Assembly: GCA_963850305.1 (NCBI GenBank)
Contig: CAWKKR010000011.1
Span: forward strand, 32,001-96,000
Source of the DNA: an uncultured delta proteobacterium
GTDB taxonomy: Bacteria; Myxococcota_A; Polyangia; Polyangiales; Polyangiaceae
DNA: 64,000 nt
Direction of reading: 5' to 3'
Shown here: positions 10,749 through 20,952 of the stretch, in pieces
Position numbering within the stretch: position 1 is the first letter of the stretch
How the letters are laid out: each line of letters starts with the position of its first letter
Translations under genes and position numbers: made by a program
The notes under the pieces: model-generated
What the model saw: only the letters and a program-made list of their open reading frames with translations
Told to the model about the DNA's origin: nothing
Database searches by the model: none

Positions 10749-12372
10749 TCAAGGGTGCGCCGCGATCCAGTCGAGAACGCCCTGGTACTTGGGCGAAATG
10801 GAGTCGGCGTCACCGGTCTTCTCCTTCAGACCCCAGCAAGAGCCGACGTGCGTGTACTGCATGAAGGGTCCCTTCTGTCCGGCCGTGGATAGACCGTTCA
10901 AGTAAGAGACGTACAGGTCGTGCATTCCGGGGTCATGCTGAAGCGAAACGCAGCCGTCGTTGCCGGCCGCGAACGAATCGGAGCCGCCCTCGTACGAGAT
11001 GAGCGGCACGCCGGCTCCGGACGCACAGGCGAGCGTAGACGTGGTCCATTGCTGTGTGTCGCCGATCGCGCTCTGTAGATCGCCGATCGAAGTGCCGCTG
11101 AAGTACGGCGCGCCGGCCATGGCCGTCGGCATGGTCCCGTTGGGATTGATCTTCGAATCGTGGAGCGCGGCGACCTGATCGTCGCAGACGCCGCGATTCG
11201 CGACCTGGTTCGATATCACCTTCACGAGTCGGGGACTGTCCTTGCCAAAGACGTTCTCGAACGCCTCGAATACACGCACCGATTCGTAGACCTGGTAGGA
11301 GAACGCAGGGTCGGAGCCGGCCAATCCGAAGTGCCTGGCCCTGCTGTGTCGAATAGGCGCGCTGAGGGAACCCACCGTTCCAGACCTCGTTCGACCACTC
11401 CACGTACACGCGAAGCGACGGATCGAGCTGGTCTTTGATGAGTTGCGCGAGCTTCGGCCAGTAGTCTGGCGTCGCCTCGTGCGGAATGTTCACCCAGTAG
11501 TCCTTCTTCGTACGATTGCAGAGATCGATCTGCCACTCGAACGCGACCGGCTCGCCCTGCGCCTGCGTCTTCTGTTTGCGCGTGTCCCAATTCGCCTGGG
11601 GATTGCCGCTGAAATTGGTCATGTTCCAGTCCATGAACCGGAGCACATGATAGGGCGCGAGGTCCGTGAGCAACGAGGGTTGCCACGGGTCCGTCGTCGT
11701 CGCGAAGTCCACGTTATTGACGAAGAAATCGCTCTGGCCTTCCCAATCGATGTTCCAGAAGTTTGCCCCGATGAAAAGGCCGCTGCCCGGCGCCGGGTTC
11801 ACGAGGGTCGTCGTGCCGGAACTCCCGCCACCGGCGCTCGTCGTTCCACCGGCGCTCGTCGTTCCACCGGCGCTCGTCGTTCCACCGGCGCTCGTCGTTC
11901 CACCGGCGCTCGTCGTTCCACCGGCGCTCGTCGTTCCACCGGCGCTCGTCGTTCCACCGGCGCTCGTCGTTCCACCGGCGCTCGTCGTTCCGCCGGCGTT
12001 CGTCGTTCCACCGGCGCTCGTCGTTCCACCGGCGCTCGTCGTTCCACCGGCGCTCGTCGTTCCACCGGCGCTCGTCGTTCCACCGCCAGTGCCAACCACG
12101 GACGTGCCGCCGTTGCCGTTCGCACCACCCACGGACGGGTAGCCGCCATCCGCCGCGCCACCCACGCCGTCACGGTTTTCGCCTCCGCCCGAGCCCACAC
12201 CGCCCGAGGAAGACTCCGAGCCATCCGTGTCCATTCGAGAGCCGCCGTCGGTCTCGCTCACGTCCGCTTCGGTTCGATGCGCCGAGGCGCTGGCGCAGCC
12301 CGAAATTGACACGGCCAGGCCGCAAAGCCCGCCGAAAAACAGAGCGGGCTGGCGTCGAGCGATGTTCTTCAT
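10749..12372 (-). CDS. Lipoprotein with (GGTTSA)14 linker and putative clan GH-A-like glycoside hydrolase domain; one-base frameshift near 11329
   Basis: Lipobox SISG-C; motifs LRFMDW, WVNIPH, YVEWSNEVWN in ORF 10933..12372 and YEGG in ORF 10749..11375. Removing one base from GCACTTCGGATTG restores ...GQALGLAGSDP... Confidence 0.75.
11828..12084. repeat. 18-bp tandem repeat (ccaccggcgctcgtcgtt) x14, coding GGTTSA
   Basis: Directly visible; 13 identical copies and one variant copy (GGTTNA). Confidence 0.97.
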
Positions 12373-13049
12373 GTTCGTTCACTTTCCTTTGGGGGTGGCG
12401 CAAAGGCGGCCGGCCCTCGCCGTGCTCGGCAAGAGACATTGTCGCCTTTGAGTGCCCTTGCGGGCGCTTACTTCGAAGTCTTCGAAGTTTTGGAAGGAGA
12501 CGGCGAGAGAGCCCCTCGACGCCTCGGCAGGAGCCCCAAGAGAGCATGGCGGTCGATGAAGTCAAATCCACAATCCACTTTCCGCAGCACGATTTTCGTC
12601 TCTGCATCGAGACGGGAACGAAGCGATCTCGTCGTCGCGTCGCGAGCCGGACGAACGACCGCATTCACGGCACGCGCGTCGGAGTGCAACGGACTACAGC
12701 GGTGCTCACTTGAGTTGACTGTGCGCCCGTTTGCTCAAGATCTGTTCGACCGCTGCGACTGTCTCGATCATCGCAAGTGGAACTTGCGGTAAGCGAGGTG
12801 CAGATGCGTCGGCGACGGCGCTCGGCCCCTGTCGTGAAGGACCGCTCTTGGCGCGAGGTGCAGCGCGGCGAGCAAATTCCAAATGCGAGAGCTTTCGCGA
12901 GATTCCAGCTGATCCCGAGCGACTGCAACCATGCTGTTCGAATGTCCCTGGACGTATGTCAGCGGCATGAAGAGGAAGCGGAGCCGAAATGCTTGCGGGG
13001 ATCGAGGCCGCGGGTTACGACGCCTGCGAGTCGCGAGAGGACGTGCTTC

Positions 13050-14480
13050 ATGGCTGCAGTTGCTCTTGATCTGACCCCGGTGGTGGACGCATTGATGGAG
13101 CGTCCGTTCGATCGGCCCGCGCTCGACCGCGCGTATACGGCGGTCAGCGGCAATCCTCAGGCGTACGCGACGGCGCTGCGATGCGCCGCCAAGCGGACGG
13201 GAGATTCGCTCGCTGCGGCGTACTGGTTTGCCGAAGCAGCGCGCATCCACGAGACGGTTGACGATCTGGGGGGCGCCATCGCACTCCTTGCGCGAGCGTG
13301 GGAATGTGATCCGAAGAGCGACCAGACGCGGGAGCTCCTCGCCGCCTGCATGGCACGCCTCGCGATGCGTGCCAAAATCGGTTTCTCGTTCTCGACGAGG
13401 GATGAGAAGGTCGAAGAACGTGCGGCTGCGCGATCGCCCGAGACGAGCATGCCTCCGCCACCCATCGAAACGGGGCTTCGCCCGCCGTCGCGGGAGCGTC
13501 ATCGGGACACACTGCCGGATCTCTTCGGTATGGATGGGCCCTCCTCCATACCCTCGGTGCGGCTCGGGGAGCGCCGCTTGGTACTCGCAGACTCGCACCC
13601 GGGCGTCGCGAACATCGACGATGACGAGGAGGAGCTCGAAGAGCTCCGGGATTCGGACGTCTCGAGTGTGTTTCGTTCCGAAGCCGGAGCCCGGGTGGAA
13701 CCGATGCTACCGCCGCGCGACGCGACCGAACGGCTCGGAACCATGGTGCGCGCTGCACCGGTGCTGGACGAGCCGGTGCTGAGAGCCGTCGCCGAGATCG
13801 CGATGCCCACGCAGCGTACCCGGGAACGGTCCTCGGCGAACGAAACGGGGCCCGCATCCGCTGCGGCGGTGATTCGAGCATCGAAAGACGACGTTTACGG
13901 CGAAGTTCGCGAGCCGCGCACGGACCGACCTGCGGGCGATCGGCTGGTCGGCTCTCTCTTCGAAGCTCTTCACACCCTCCACTTCCTCGAGGACGTGCGG
14001 GAAGCGGCGAGCTTCCTGTGCGGGGTGCTCGAGGAGAAGATGCGCCCTGCCACGATCCTGGTTCACGTGTACGACATCAACTCCGGGCATTTTCTCCTCG
14101 TCGGTGCGCACGGCAACCGCGCATCGGCGCTCCTCGACTACGCGACGCCGGAGGCAGATCCCTTCGTTGCGGAGATCATGCGAGAAGACGAAGCCACCTT
14201 GGTCCTCGAGCCCGCAACGGACCCTCGATTGGCTCGTGGTCGCTGGCTCTTGGTCGAACCGCAACGATCGGTCGTCTGCGCCCCCGTCTCGGTCGAAGGT
14301 CGTTACCTCGGCTTGATCGAAATTGCAGATCCGGTCGACGGTCCGGAGTTCACCGAGGACGATCGGAACGCGTTGACCTACGCCGCCAGCGCCTTCGCCC
14401 GCTTTCTCGACAAGCGCGGCGTGGTCCTCAGCGAAGAACCGACTCCCGAAACGGAAAGAGCCGATCTGCCGAGCCACTGA
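13050..14480 (+). CDS. GAF-domain protein with N-terminal TPR-like helices and acidic linker
   Basis: ATG 13050 preceded by GAGAGG. C-terminal RSVVCAPVSVEGRYLGLIEIAD...FTEDDRNALTYAA is GAF-like. Confidence 0.8.
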   Translation: MAAVALDLTPVVDALMERPFDRPALDRAYTAVSGNPQAYATALRCAAKRTGDSLAAAYWFAEAARIHETVDDLGGAIALLARAWECDPKSDQTRELLAACMARLAMRAKIGFSFSTRDEKVEERAAARSPETSMPPPPIETGLRPPSRERHRDTLPDLFGMDGPSSIPSVRLGERRLVLADSHPGVANIDDDEEELEELRDSDVSSVFRSEAGARVEPMLPPRDATERLGTMVRAAPVLDEPVLRAVAEIAMPTQRTRERSSANETGPASAAAVIRASKDDVYGEVREPRTDRPAGDRLVGSLFEALHTLHFLEDVREAASFLCGVLEEKMRPATILVHVYDINSGHFLLVGAHGNRASALLDYATPEADPFVAEIMREDEATLVLEPATDPRLARGRWLLVEPQRSVVCAPVSVEGRYLGLIEIADPVDGPEFTEDDRNALTYAASAFARFLDKRGVVLSEEPTPETERADLPSH

Positions 14481-14507
14481 TCCACGGCTCCAAAGGCGCG
14501 CAGCGGG

Positions 14508-14774
14508 TCAGTGGGAGTGAGCACGATGTCTCGCGCGCGATGCGGCGGTGACAATCGCAAGGATCGCCACCGCGCCGACGACGCTGCCGAAAAATCCGGC
14601 CGTGGTCGCAATGCCCGTCGCGTGGCCAGCATTGCCAATGAACCCACCCACGAGTGAGCCGGCGCAGCCGAGCAACGCGGTCCACCCAAGCCCCATGTCT
14701 TGTCGCCCCGGGAAGATTGCCCGCGCGATGAAACCTATGACGAGCCCGAACAGCAGGAACCAAATGACGGTCAT
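14508..14774 (-). CDS. GlsB/YeaQ/YmgE (transglycosylase-associated) small membrane protein
   Basis: IWFLLFGLVIGFIARAIFPG...LGCAGSLVGGFI...SVVGAVAIL; AGGAGAG RBS. Confidence 0.88.
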   Translation of the reverse strand: MTVIWFLLFGLVIGFIARAIFPGRQDMGLGWTALLGCAGSLVGGFIGNAGHATGIATTAGFFGSVVGAVAILAIVTAASRARHRAHSH

Positions 14775-14975
14775 GGTTTTCTCTCCTGCGAGGTCGGGGT
14801 GCAACGCGGGTGCCAATCGGAGCTATCCCCCGGCCGGCGACCCGTAGGAGCCAATCAGCTCTGCGAATCGCGCCTGCGGCAGGAGGCGGCCTTGAATCGT
14901 GCCCGGCGAGCCGCGGGAAAGTGTGACCTCAGGGCACGCGAGCATGGGTGGCTGCGGCTATCGCGCCCGGCAGAT

Positions 14976-15569
14976 TCACGAGATGCGCGCGAGCAACTCC
15001 GCGACGGTGGGTGCACCCGAGATCTGGACACGAACGCCGAACAGTCCGCGGTCCTCGCCTACGAGTTTCATCGAGAAAGCTGCGGCGGGCCCGTAGACTC
15101 TCGCGACCATCCTGCGAAGAAGGGGTTCGACCGCAGCGAATGTCTCTTTCGTGTTCGGCGCCAGAAGCCGGTCGTTGATCCGGAACAGCAGCTCGTCCGT
15201 CCGGAAACGGATCGGAGTGATGAGCGACGGCTCCGTCTCGATGCTCCGGGCTGCGAAGAGCACGCGCCGGAGCGCGTCGAGCAAGCATTCCTCGACGTCC
15301 ACGGCGGCGTCGCGCTTTCGACTGTAGAGGAGCCCTGCTCGCCCTTCGCCGAAATCGACAACGTAGTCCGCGGCGTGTCCCACCAACAGCAACGCGGGTC
15401 CGTGGTGAACGTGACCATATTCGGTGACGTCTATCAGGAGTTCGTCGAGAGCATTCTTCTTGATCCAGTCGTGGAACACCGGAACCAGCGGCTCGACGTC
15501 CACCTCCGCGGGCGACCGGATGAACAGCTTGAATTGAACCTTGCGCGCGTCCATCTTTCCCGAGCTCAC
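14976..15569 (-). CDS. Hypothetical protein, translationally coupled to the sulfite/nitrite reductase
   Basis: 197-aa ORF with protein-like composition; start overlaps the upstream stop (GTGA). Confidence 0.8.
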   Translation of the reverse strand: MSSGKMDARKVQFKLFIRSPAEVDVEPLVPVFHDWIKKNALDELLIDVTEYGHVHHGPALLLVGHAADYVVDFGEGRAGLLYSRKRDAAVDVEECLLDALRRVLFAARSIETEPSLITPIRFRTDELLFRINDRLLAPNTKETFAAVEPLLRRMVARVYGPAAAFSMKLVGEDRGLFGVRVQISGAPTVAELLARIS

Positions 15570-17833
15570 TCTGCTGCCGCCGTGCGCTGCGCCGTCATGC
15601 GCTGATAACAGGCGTATGCTGCTTCCACGAAGAGTTGCGCTTCCTCGATGAGAAAGTGAGCGGACTCCTTGGTGACGGAGTCCTTGCCCTTCCCCTCGTG
15701 GGCGCGAAAGAGCATGTGCGCGAACTTCGGCCCGACGAATGGATCGTGGAAGATCTTCGTGTCGAAGAGGCGCGCGCGGAACTCCGAAACGACCTCTTCT
15801 TCTTCCGTGCCGAGGTTCGGGTTGAGCTCGTGAGTGAGCGCCTGCGCAGCCGTGAGCATAGACTTGTACGCGCGCTCGCTCGCGGGCTCGGGCTTGCCTT
15901 CGTCGAAGAGAACCTGAGCCTCGAACACTTCGCGTTCACTCGCGGCGAGCCCCATGATGGCAAACGAGACTACTTCCCCGGCGCATTCACCTTCGCCGAT
16001 ATCGCCGATATTGTATTCGCGTGGATCGCCCCAGTCCGTATAGAGCTCGCGGGACGTCTCGTACGCTGGAACGGCCATGAGATCCTCGAGCATCGCGCGG
16101 ATCTGTTTCTTGCCGGTGCGCGCGATGAAATCTTTGAACGGTTCGTTCTCTTTCTTCTCCTGAACGTACCGATCGCGAAGACGCGCGACGACGTCCGGAA
16201 TGCGCTTTGAAGGTACGGCTCCGATCGCGAGACCGTAAGTTCCACCGTTGTGTTCCCATTCGCCGCCGAGCACGACCTGAAAATGCGGCACCTTCCGAGA
16301 GCCCACCTGCCGGCTCACGCCGAGAAACCCCAGATCCGCTACGTGATGCTGCCCACACGAGTTGAAGCACCCACTGCACTTCACATGGAGGGACTCGGCA
16401 GCGGCGGGCATCTGATCCTTCACGAGCCGGAGCTGCTTTCTGAGCTCGCCGGCCAGCCCGCGCGATGACGAAATGCCCAGCTTGCACGTATCGGTGCCGG
16501 GGCACGACGTGACGTCGGTGATCTTCCCTGCTCCGTCTTCGCCGAGACCTGCTTCGGCGATGGTCGCGTAGAATTCGACCAGATCCGCCTCACTCACCCA
16601 GCGAAAGCACAGGTTCTGGTCGACGGTGGTTCGCATGGTGTCACCGGTGAACCGGCGGGCGAGATCCGCGAGCGACCTGGCCTGCACCGACGTCATGTCA
16701 CCGAGCGGCAGCGTCACCGTCGCGACCACGTAGCCCGGCTGTTTCTGCGGGTAAACGTTCGAGCGGCGCCACGAGTCGAACCCGGCGGGGAACGGGCCTC
16801 GCGGCAACTCGCCCGCGGCCCTCAACGGCTTTTCGTCGAGCTTGTGCAGATCCTCGAGGAATGCAGTCCAGCGCGGATCCGGGCGCAGTTTCTGGCGCTC
16901 TTCATGGACGAGCCGCTTGAATTCCCCGTCCCCGAGCTTCTTCACCAGAAACTTGATGCGTGCCCGCGACCGGTTCTCTTTCTCCCCGAGGCGCGCAAAG
17001 ACCCGTGAAACGGCCTGCGCCATCGGCAGGAGTTCCGACTCCGGCAAGAACTCCTCGATGAGCCTCGCGGGGTATGGCACCGGGCCGAGCCCACCGCCGA
17101 CGTAAAATTCGAAGCCCCGAACGGGCTTGCCCTCGATGACGCGGATGCGCGCGATGCAACCGAGATCGTGGAAGTTCGTGAGGCCACACGCGTGATCCTT
17201 GCACCCTGAAAACGCGATCTTGAACTTCCGTCCGAAGTCCTGGACGTCGGGGTGCCCGAGCAGGAAGAACGTTATGGCATCCGCGTACGGCGTGACGTCG
17301 AAGGCCTCGTCGCTGCAGACGCCGACGTACGGGCAAGCAGTCACGTTGCGCACGGAGTTGCCGCACGCTTCGCGCGTGGTGATGCCCGTCGCAGCGAGGC
17401 GCCGCATCAAGTCCGGCGTGTCCTCGATATGGACGAAGTGAAGCTGCACGTCCTGCCGGGTCGTGACGTGCAAGATCTCGTCCGAATACTCCTCGGCAAG
17501 GTCTGCCATGACGTCGAGCTGCGCCGCGGAGAGCTTTCCGTACGGGATCTTGATGCGCATCATGCCTGGCGCGTCCCAGTAGGTCATTGGACCCTTAGTG
17601 AGATCGCCGGAGGGGAACGCGAGTGTGCGGCTCTCCACACCATCGTGTCGCTGACCGTTGTCGTAGCGTTGGCCGTAAACGCCGCGCCGCAGCCGGGTCT
17701 CCGCGAAGAGCCGCTCCTCCACCTTTCCTTGCTTCCGCAGGTGGATCTGGGTTTCGAAGACATCGATCTCTTCCGCCCAGGCAGGCAGAATTCGATCGCT
17801 CAGCTGGTCTTTCCACGTAGCTTTCATCGGCAT
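15566..17833 (-). CDS. Siroheme/[4Fe-4S] sulfite (or nitrite) reductase with C-terminal HEPN-like extension
   Basis: TTRQDVQLH, RKFKIAFSGC, CPGTDTC and SGCFNSCG cofactor motifs; C-terminal helical domain ASERAYKSMLTAAQAL. Confidence 0.92.
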   Translation of the reverse strand: MPMKATWKDQLSDRILPAWAEEIDVFETQIHLRKQGKVEERLFAETRLRRGVYGQRYDNGQRHDGVESRTLAFPSGDLTKGPMTYWDAPGMMRIKIPYGKLSAAQLDVMADLAEEYSDEILHVTTRQDVQLHFVHIEDTPDLMRRLAATGITTREACGNSVRNVTACPYVGVCSDEAFDVTPYADAITFFLLGHPDVQDFGRKFKIAFSGCKDHACGLTNFHDLGCIARIRVIEGKPVRGFEFYVGGGLGPVPYPARLIEEFLPESELLPMAQAVSRVFARLGEKENRSRARIKFLVKKLGDGEFKRLVHEERQKLRPDPRWTAFLEDLHKLDEKPLRAAGELPRGPFPAGFDSWRRSNVYPQKQPGYVVATVTLPLGDMTSVQARSLADLARRFTGDTMRTTVDQNLCFRWVSEADLVEFYATIAEAGLGEDGAGKITDVTSCPGTDTCKLGISSSRGLAGELRKQLRLVKDQMPAAAESLHVKCSGCFNSCGQHHVADLGFLGVSRQVGSRKVPHFQVVLGGEWEHNGGTYGLAIGAVPSKRIPDVVARLRDRYVQEKKENEPFKDFIARTGKKQIRAMLEDLMAVPAYETSRELYTDWGDPREYNIGDIGEGECAGEVVSFAIMGLAASEREVFEAQVLFDEGKPEPASERAYKSMLTAAQALTHELNPNLGTEEEEVVSEFRARLFDTKIFHDPFVGPKFAHMLFRAHEGKGKDSVTKESAHFLIEEAQLFVEAAYACYQRMTAQRTAAAE

Positions 17834-17995
17834 TTCCTCGAGGGCTCTGGCCGAACGGATTTATACTTAACTTTTCCGATGCGGCAAGTCGGGAAAGTGC
17901 CCGTAAGCTCTGCTCCGGGGCGCGGCGGTTTCGTGATACGCCCTCGCTCCCCGAGAAACGGCCGTCTCCTCCTCGATAATCGGGGTTCCGACTCC

Positions 17996-19717
17996 ATGCG
18001 CTACAGCCGAGCCCTCATCCCGACGCTGAAAGAAGCGCCGGCCGATGCCACGACGGCGAGCCACATTCTCCTCACGCGCGCCGGTTACATCCGCCGCGTC
18101 GGCGCCGGGATCTATAGTTTCTTGCCGCTCGGACTCCGGGTGCTCGGCCGCATCGAGAGCGTCGTTCGCCAGGAGATGGACGCCGCGGGCGCGCTGGAGG
18201 TCCTGCTGCCCGCGCTGCTACCAGCGGAATACTTTCGCGAATCGGGCCGCTGGGACCTGTTCGGCGACACCCTGTTTCGCCTGAAGGACCGGAAGGGCGG
18301 TGACTACCATCTCGGCCCGACCCACGAGGAGATCATCACCGATCTCGCGCGCCACGAGCTCAAGAGTTATCGCGATCTGCCGAAGAATCTCTACCAGATC
18401 AAATCGAAATTCCGCGACGAACCGCGGCCGCGGGGAGGCCTCCTCCGTTGCCGCGAGTTCTCGATGAAGGACGCATACTCCTTCGACACGAGCGAATCTT
18501 GCGCGCTCGAGAGCTACGAGTCCATGCGACGGGCGTACACGAACATCTTCGATCGCCTGAGTCTCGACTACCGAATGGTCTCCGCCGATTCGGGTTCGAT
18601 GGGCGGCTCGACGAGCGCGGAGTTTCAGGTGCTCGTGCAGAGCGGCGAAGACATCATCGCCGCGTGCAGCAAGTGCGATTACGCCGCAAACCTGGAGGTT
18701 GCGACGGCAGCCGCCGTGAAAGGTCGAGCGAAGGAGCTGGACGCCCCGGTGCTCGCCAAGGTCGCGACGCCGGGAAAGGGGTCGATCAAGGACGTAGCGG
18801 AATTCCTGCAGGCGTCTCAGGATCGATTCCTGAAGAGCCTCGTGTACGTCGCGGGCGAGCGCGTCGTGCTCGCGGTGGTCCGCGGTGACCATGAGCTCAA
18901 CGAGATGAAGTTCGCGCGCGCGCTGGGAGGAGTAGATGAAGTCCGTCTGGCAGATGCCGATACAGTGAAGCGCGCGACCGGCGCGAGCGTTGGCTTTGCC
19001 GGACCCGCCGGCTACAAGGGAGAGATCTTCATCGATCGCGCGGCGTCCGAGGTCGCGCTCGCGATCACGGGCGCGAACGAAACGGACCAGCATTTCACGA
19101 ACGTCGTGTTCGGACGGGATTTCGAGGCAAAAGTCGCGGACCTCCGCAGCGTCGTCGAGGGCGACGAGTGTCCCAGGTGCGGCGGCGCGCTCAAGCTCTT
19201 CCGTGGCATCGAAGCGGGACACATCTTCGTCCTGGGCACGCACTACAGCGCGAAGATGGGCGCGACTTTCCTGGACAAGGACGGCGAGCACAAGCCGATG
19301 GTCATGGGCTGTTACGGCATCGGCGTCTCGCGGCTCGTGGCTACGGCCGTCGAGCAGCACCACGACGAGAATGGAATCCTCTGGCCCGCAAGCATCGCGC
19401 CGTTCCCGGTGCACATCGTCCAGGTCGGAGCCGATCCCGCGGTGCAAGCCGCCGTCGACCGCCTGGACAAGGAGCTCCGCAGACTCGGCATCGAGTCGCT
19501 GATCGACGATCGGGACGAACGGCCCGGCGTGAAGTTCAAGGACGCGGATCTCATCGGCATTCCGCTGCGCGTCACGATCGGAGAGAAGGCGCTCAAATCG
19601 GGGGCGCTCGAGCTCAAGCCTCGCACCGAAAGGAATCCCAAGAACGTAGAGCTTTTGCCTGTCGATACCGCCGCGAGCATGATAGCGACCCGCCTTTCGA
19701 GCACCCTTTCGCCGTGA
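17996..19717 (+). CDS. proS: Proline--tRNA ligase (with INS editing domain)
   Basis: GPTHEE, KFRDEPRPRGGLLRCREF, GIEAGHIF, MGCYGIGVSR and DADLIGIP motifs. Confidence 0.97.
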   Translation: MRYSRALIPTLKEAPADATTASHILLTRAGYIRRVGAGIYSFLPLGLRVLGRIESVVRQEMDAAGALEVLLPALLPAEYFRESGRWDLFGDTLFRLKDRKGGDYHLGPTHEEIITDLARHELKSYRDLPKNLYQIKSKFRDEPRPRGGLLRCREFSMKDAYSFDTSESCALESYESMRRAYTNIFDRLSLDYRMVSADSGSMGGSTSAEFQVLVQSGEDIIAACSKCDYAANLEVATAAAVKGRAKELDAPVLAKVATPGKGSIKDVAEFLQASQDRFLKSLVYVAGERVVLAVVRGDHELNEMKFARALGGVDEVRLADADTVKRATGASVGFAGPAGYKGEIFIDRAASEVALAITGANETDQHFTNVVFGRDFEAKVADLRSVVEGDECPRCGGALKLFRGIEAGHIFVLGTHYSAKMGATFLDKDGEHKPMVMGCYGIGVSRLVATAVEQHHDENGILWPASIAPFPVHIVQVGADPAVQAAVDRLDKELRRLGIESLIDDRDERPGVKFKDADLIGIPLRVTIGEKALKSGALELKPRTERNPKNVELLPVDTAASMIATRLSSTLSP

Positions 19718-20916
19718 CCGACCCGAAACCGAAACGCCCCGCGAGTTCGACCGAGACCGTCCACGCCGGAGAGCCCCGGCAGAGGCCGTTCAACATGCTC
19801 GGGCCGGGCGTCGCTCAAACGGCAACGTACACGTTCGCCGATACCGCGGATCTCGAGCAGTACATGCGCGGCGAGGATCCGGACCCGGATCGCGAAGAGT
19901 ACGGAAGGTATGGAAACCCGACGGCACGAGAGGTCGAGTTGCGCATCGCGGCGCTGGAGACAGCCGAAGACGCGGTGGCGTTCTCGAGCGGAATGGCCGC
20001 CGTCACGACGACCATCTTGTCGCTCACGAGAGCGGGCGACCACGTCGTCCTCTTCAATGACTGTTATCGCCGCACGCGGCAGCTCGTCTCCAAGATCCTC
20101 GCCCGGTTCAACGTCGAACATACGCTCGTCCCGCCTGGCGACCTGGACGCGCTTTCTGGGGCACTCCGTCCGACCACACGATTGGTTGTCGGAGAATCGC
20201 CGACGAATCCCTATCTACATTGCGTGGACCTGGGCAAGCTCGCGGAGATCGTCAAGAACCACGGGCGTGTCCGCACGCTGGTGGATTCGACGTTCGCAAC
20301 TCCGGTCAACTCGCGCCCGCACGCGTACGGCATCGATCTCGTCGCCCACAGCGCCACGAAATACCTCTCCGGACACAACGACGTCCTGGGCGGCGTCGTC
20401 ACGGGACCTTCGCACCTGATTTCTCTGCTGAGGGACTCGCGTGGCGTGATGGGCTCGGTGCTGGATGCTCACGCGGCGTTTCTCATCGCCCGCGGGTTGA
20501 AGACGCTCGCCCTGCGAGTGGAGCGTCAGAATGCGACCGCGCTCGCCGTCGCCCGGGCGCTCGAGAAGCACCCGAAAGTGGCCCGCGTCTATTATCCGGG
20601 CCTCGAAGCTCATTCGTCGCACCGGGTGGCGGCGGCGCACATGCGCGGATTCGGCGGGGTGGTGAGCTTCGAAGTCAACGGAGGGCGCGAACAAGCGTCC
20701 AGCGTCGTGGACGCTTGCAGGCTCGCAACGATCGCCCCATCGCTCGGCGGGGTGGAAACGCTGATCGAACAGCCCGCTATCATGAGCTACTTCGAGCTCC
20801 CCCCCGATGAACTCGAGGCGGTTGGCATCAGTCCCGCGCTCATCCGGCTCAGCGTCGGCATCGAGGACACGGACGACGTCGTTCGGGACATCGTGACCGC
20901 GCTCGAGAAGGACTGA
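19714..20916 (+). CDS. Cys/Met metabolism PLP-dependent enzyme (cystathionine gamma-synthase/lyase-like)
   Basis: YGRYGNPT, FSSGMAA, HSATKYLSGHND (PLP Lys) and SLGGVETL motifs; GTG start overlaps the proS stop. Confidence 0.93.
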   Translation: MTDPKPKRPASSTETVHAGEPRQRPFNMLGPGVAQTATYTFADTADLEQYMRGEDPDPDREEYGRYGNPTAREVELRIAALETAEDAVAFSSGMAAVTTTILSLTRAGDHVVLFNDCYRRTRQLVSKILARFNVEHTLVPPGDLDALSGALRPTTRLVVGESPTNPYLHCVDLGKLAEIVKNHGRVRTLVDSTFATPVNSRPHAYGIDLVAHSATKYLSGHNDVLGGVVTGPSHLISLLRDSRGVMGSVLDAHAAFLIARGLKTLALRVERQNATALAVARALEKHPKVARVYYPGLEAHSSHRVAAAHMRGFGGVVSFEVNGGREQASSVVDACRLATIAPSLGGVETLIEQPAIMSYFELPPDELEAVGISPALIRLSVGIEDTDDVVRDIVTALEKD

Positions 20917-20952
20917 GCGCGCGAGTGACCCGCCCGGCTCTGCTGGCAGTCC

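Noticed and set aside
11828..12084. Non-coding or regulatory tandem repeat
   Set aside because: In-frame 18-bp units encode a Gly/Thr/Ser linker between the lipobox and the catalytic domain.
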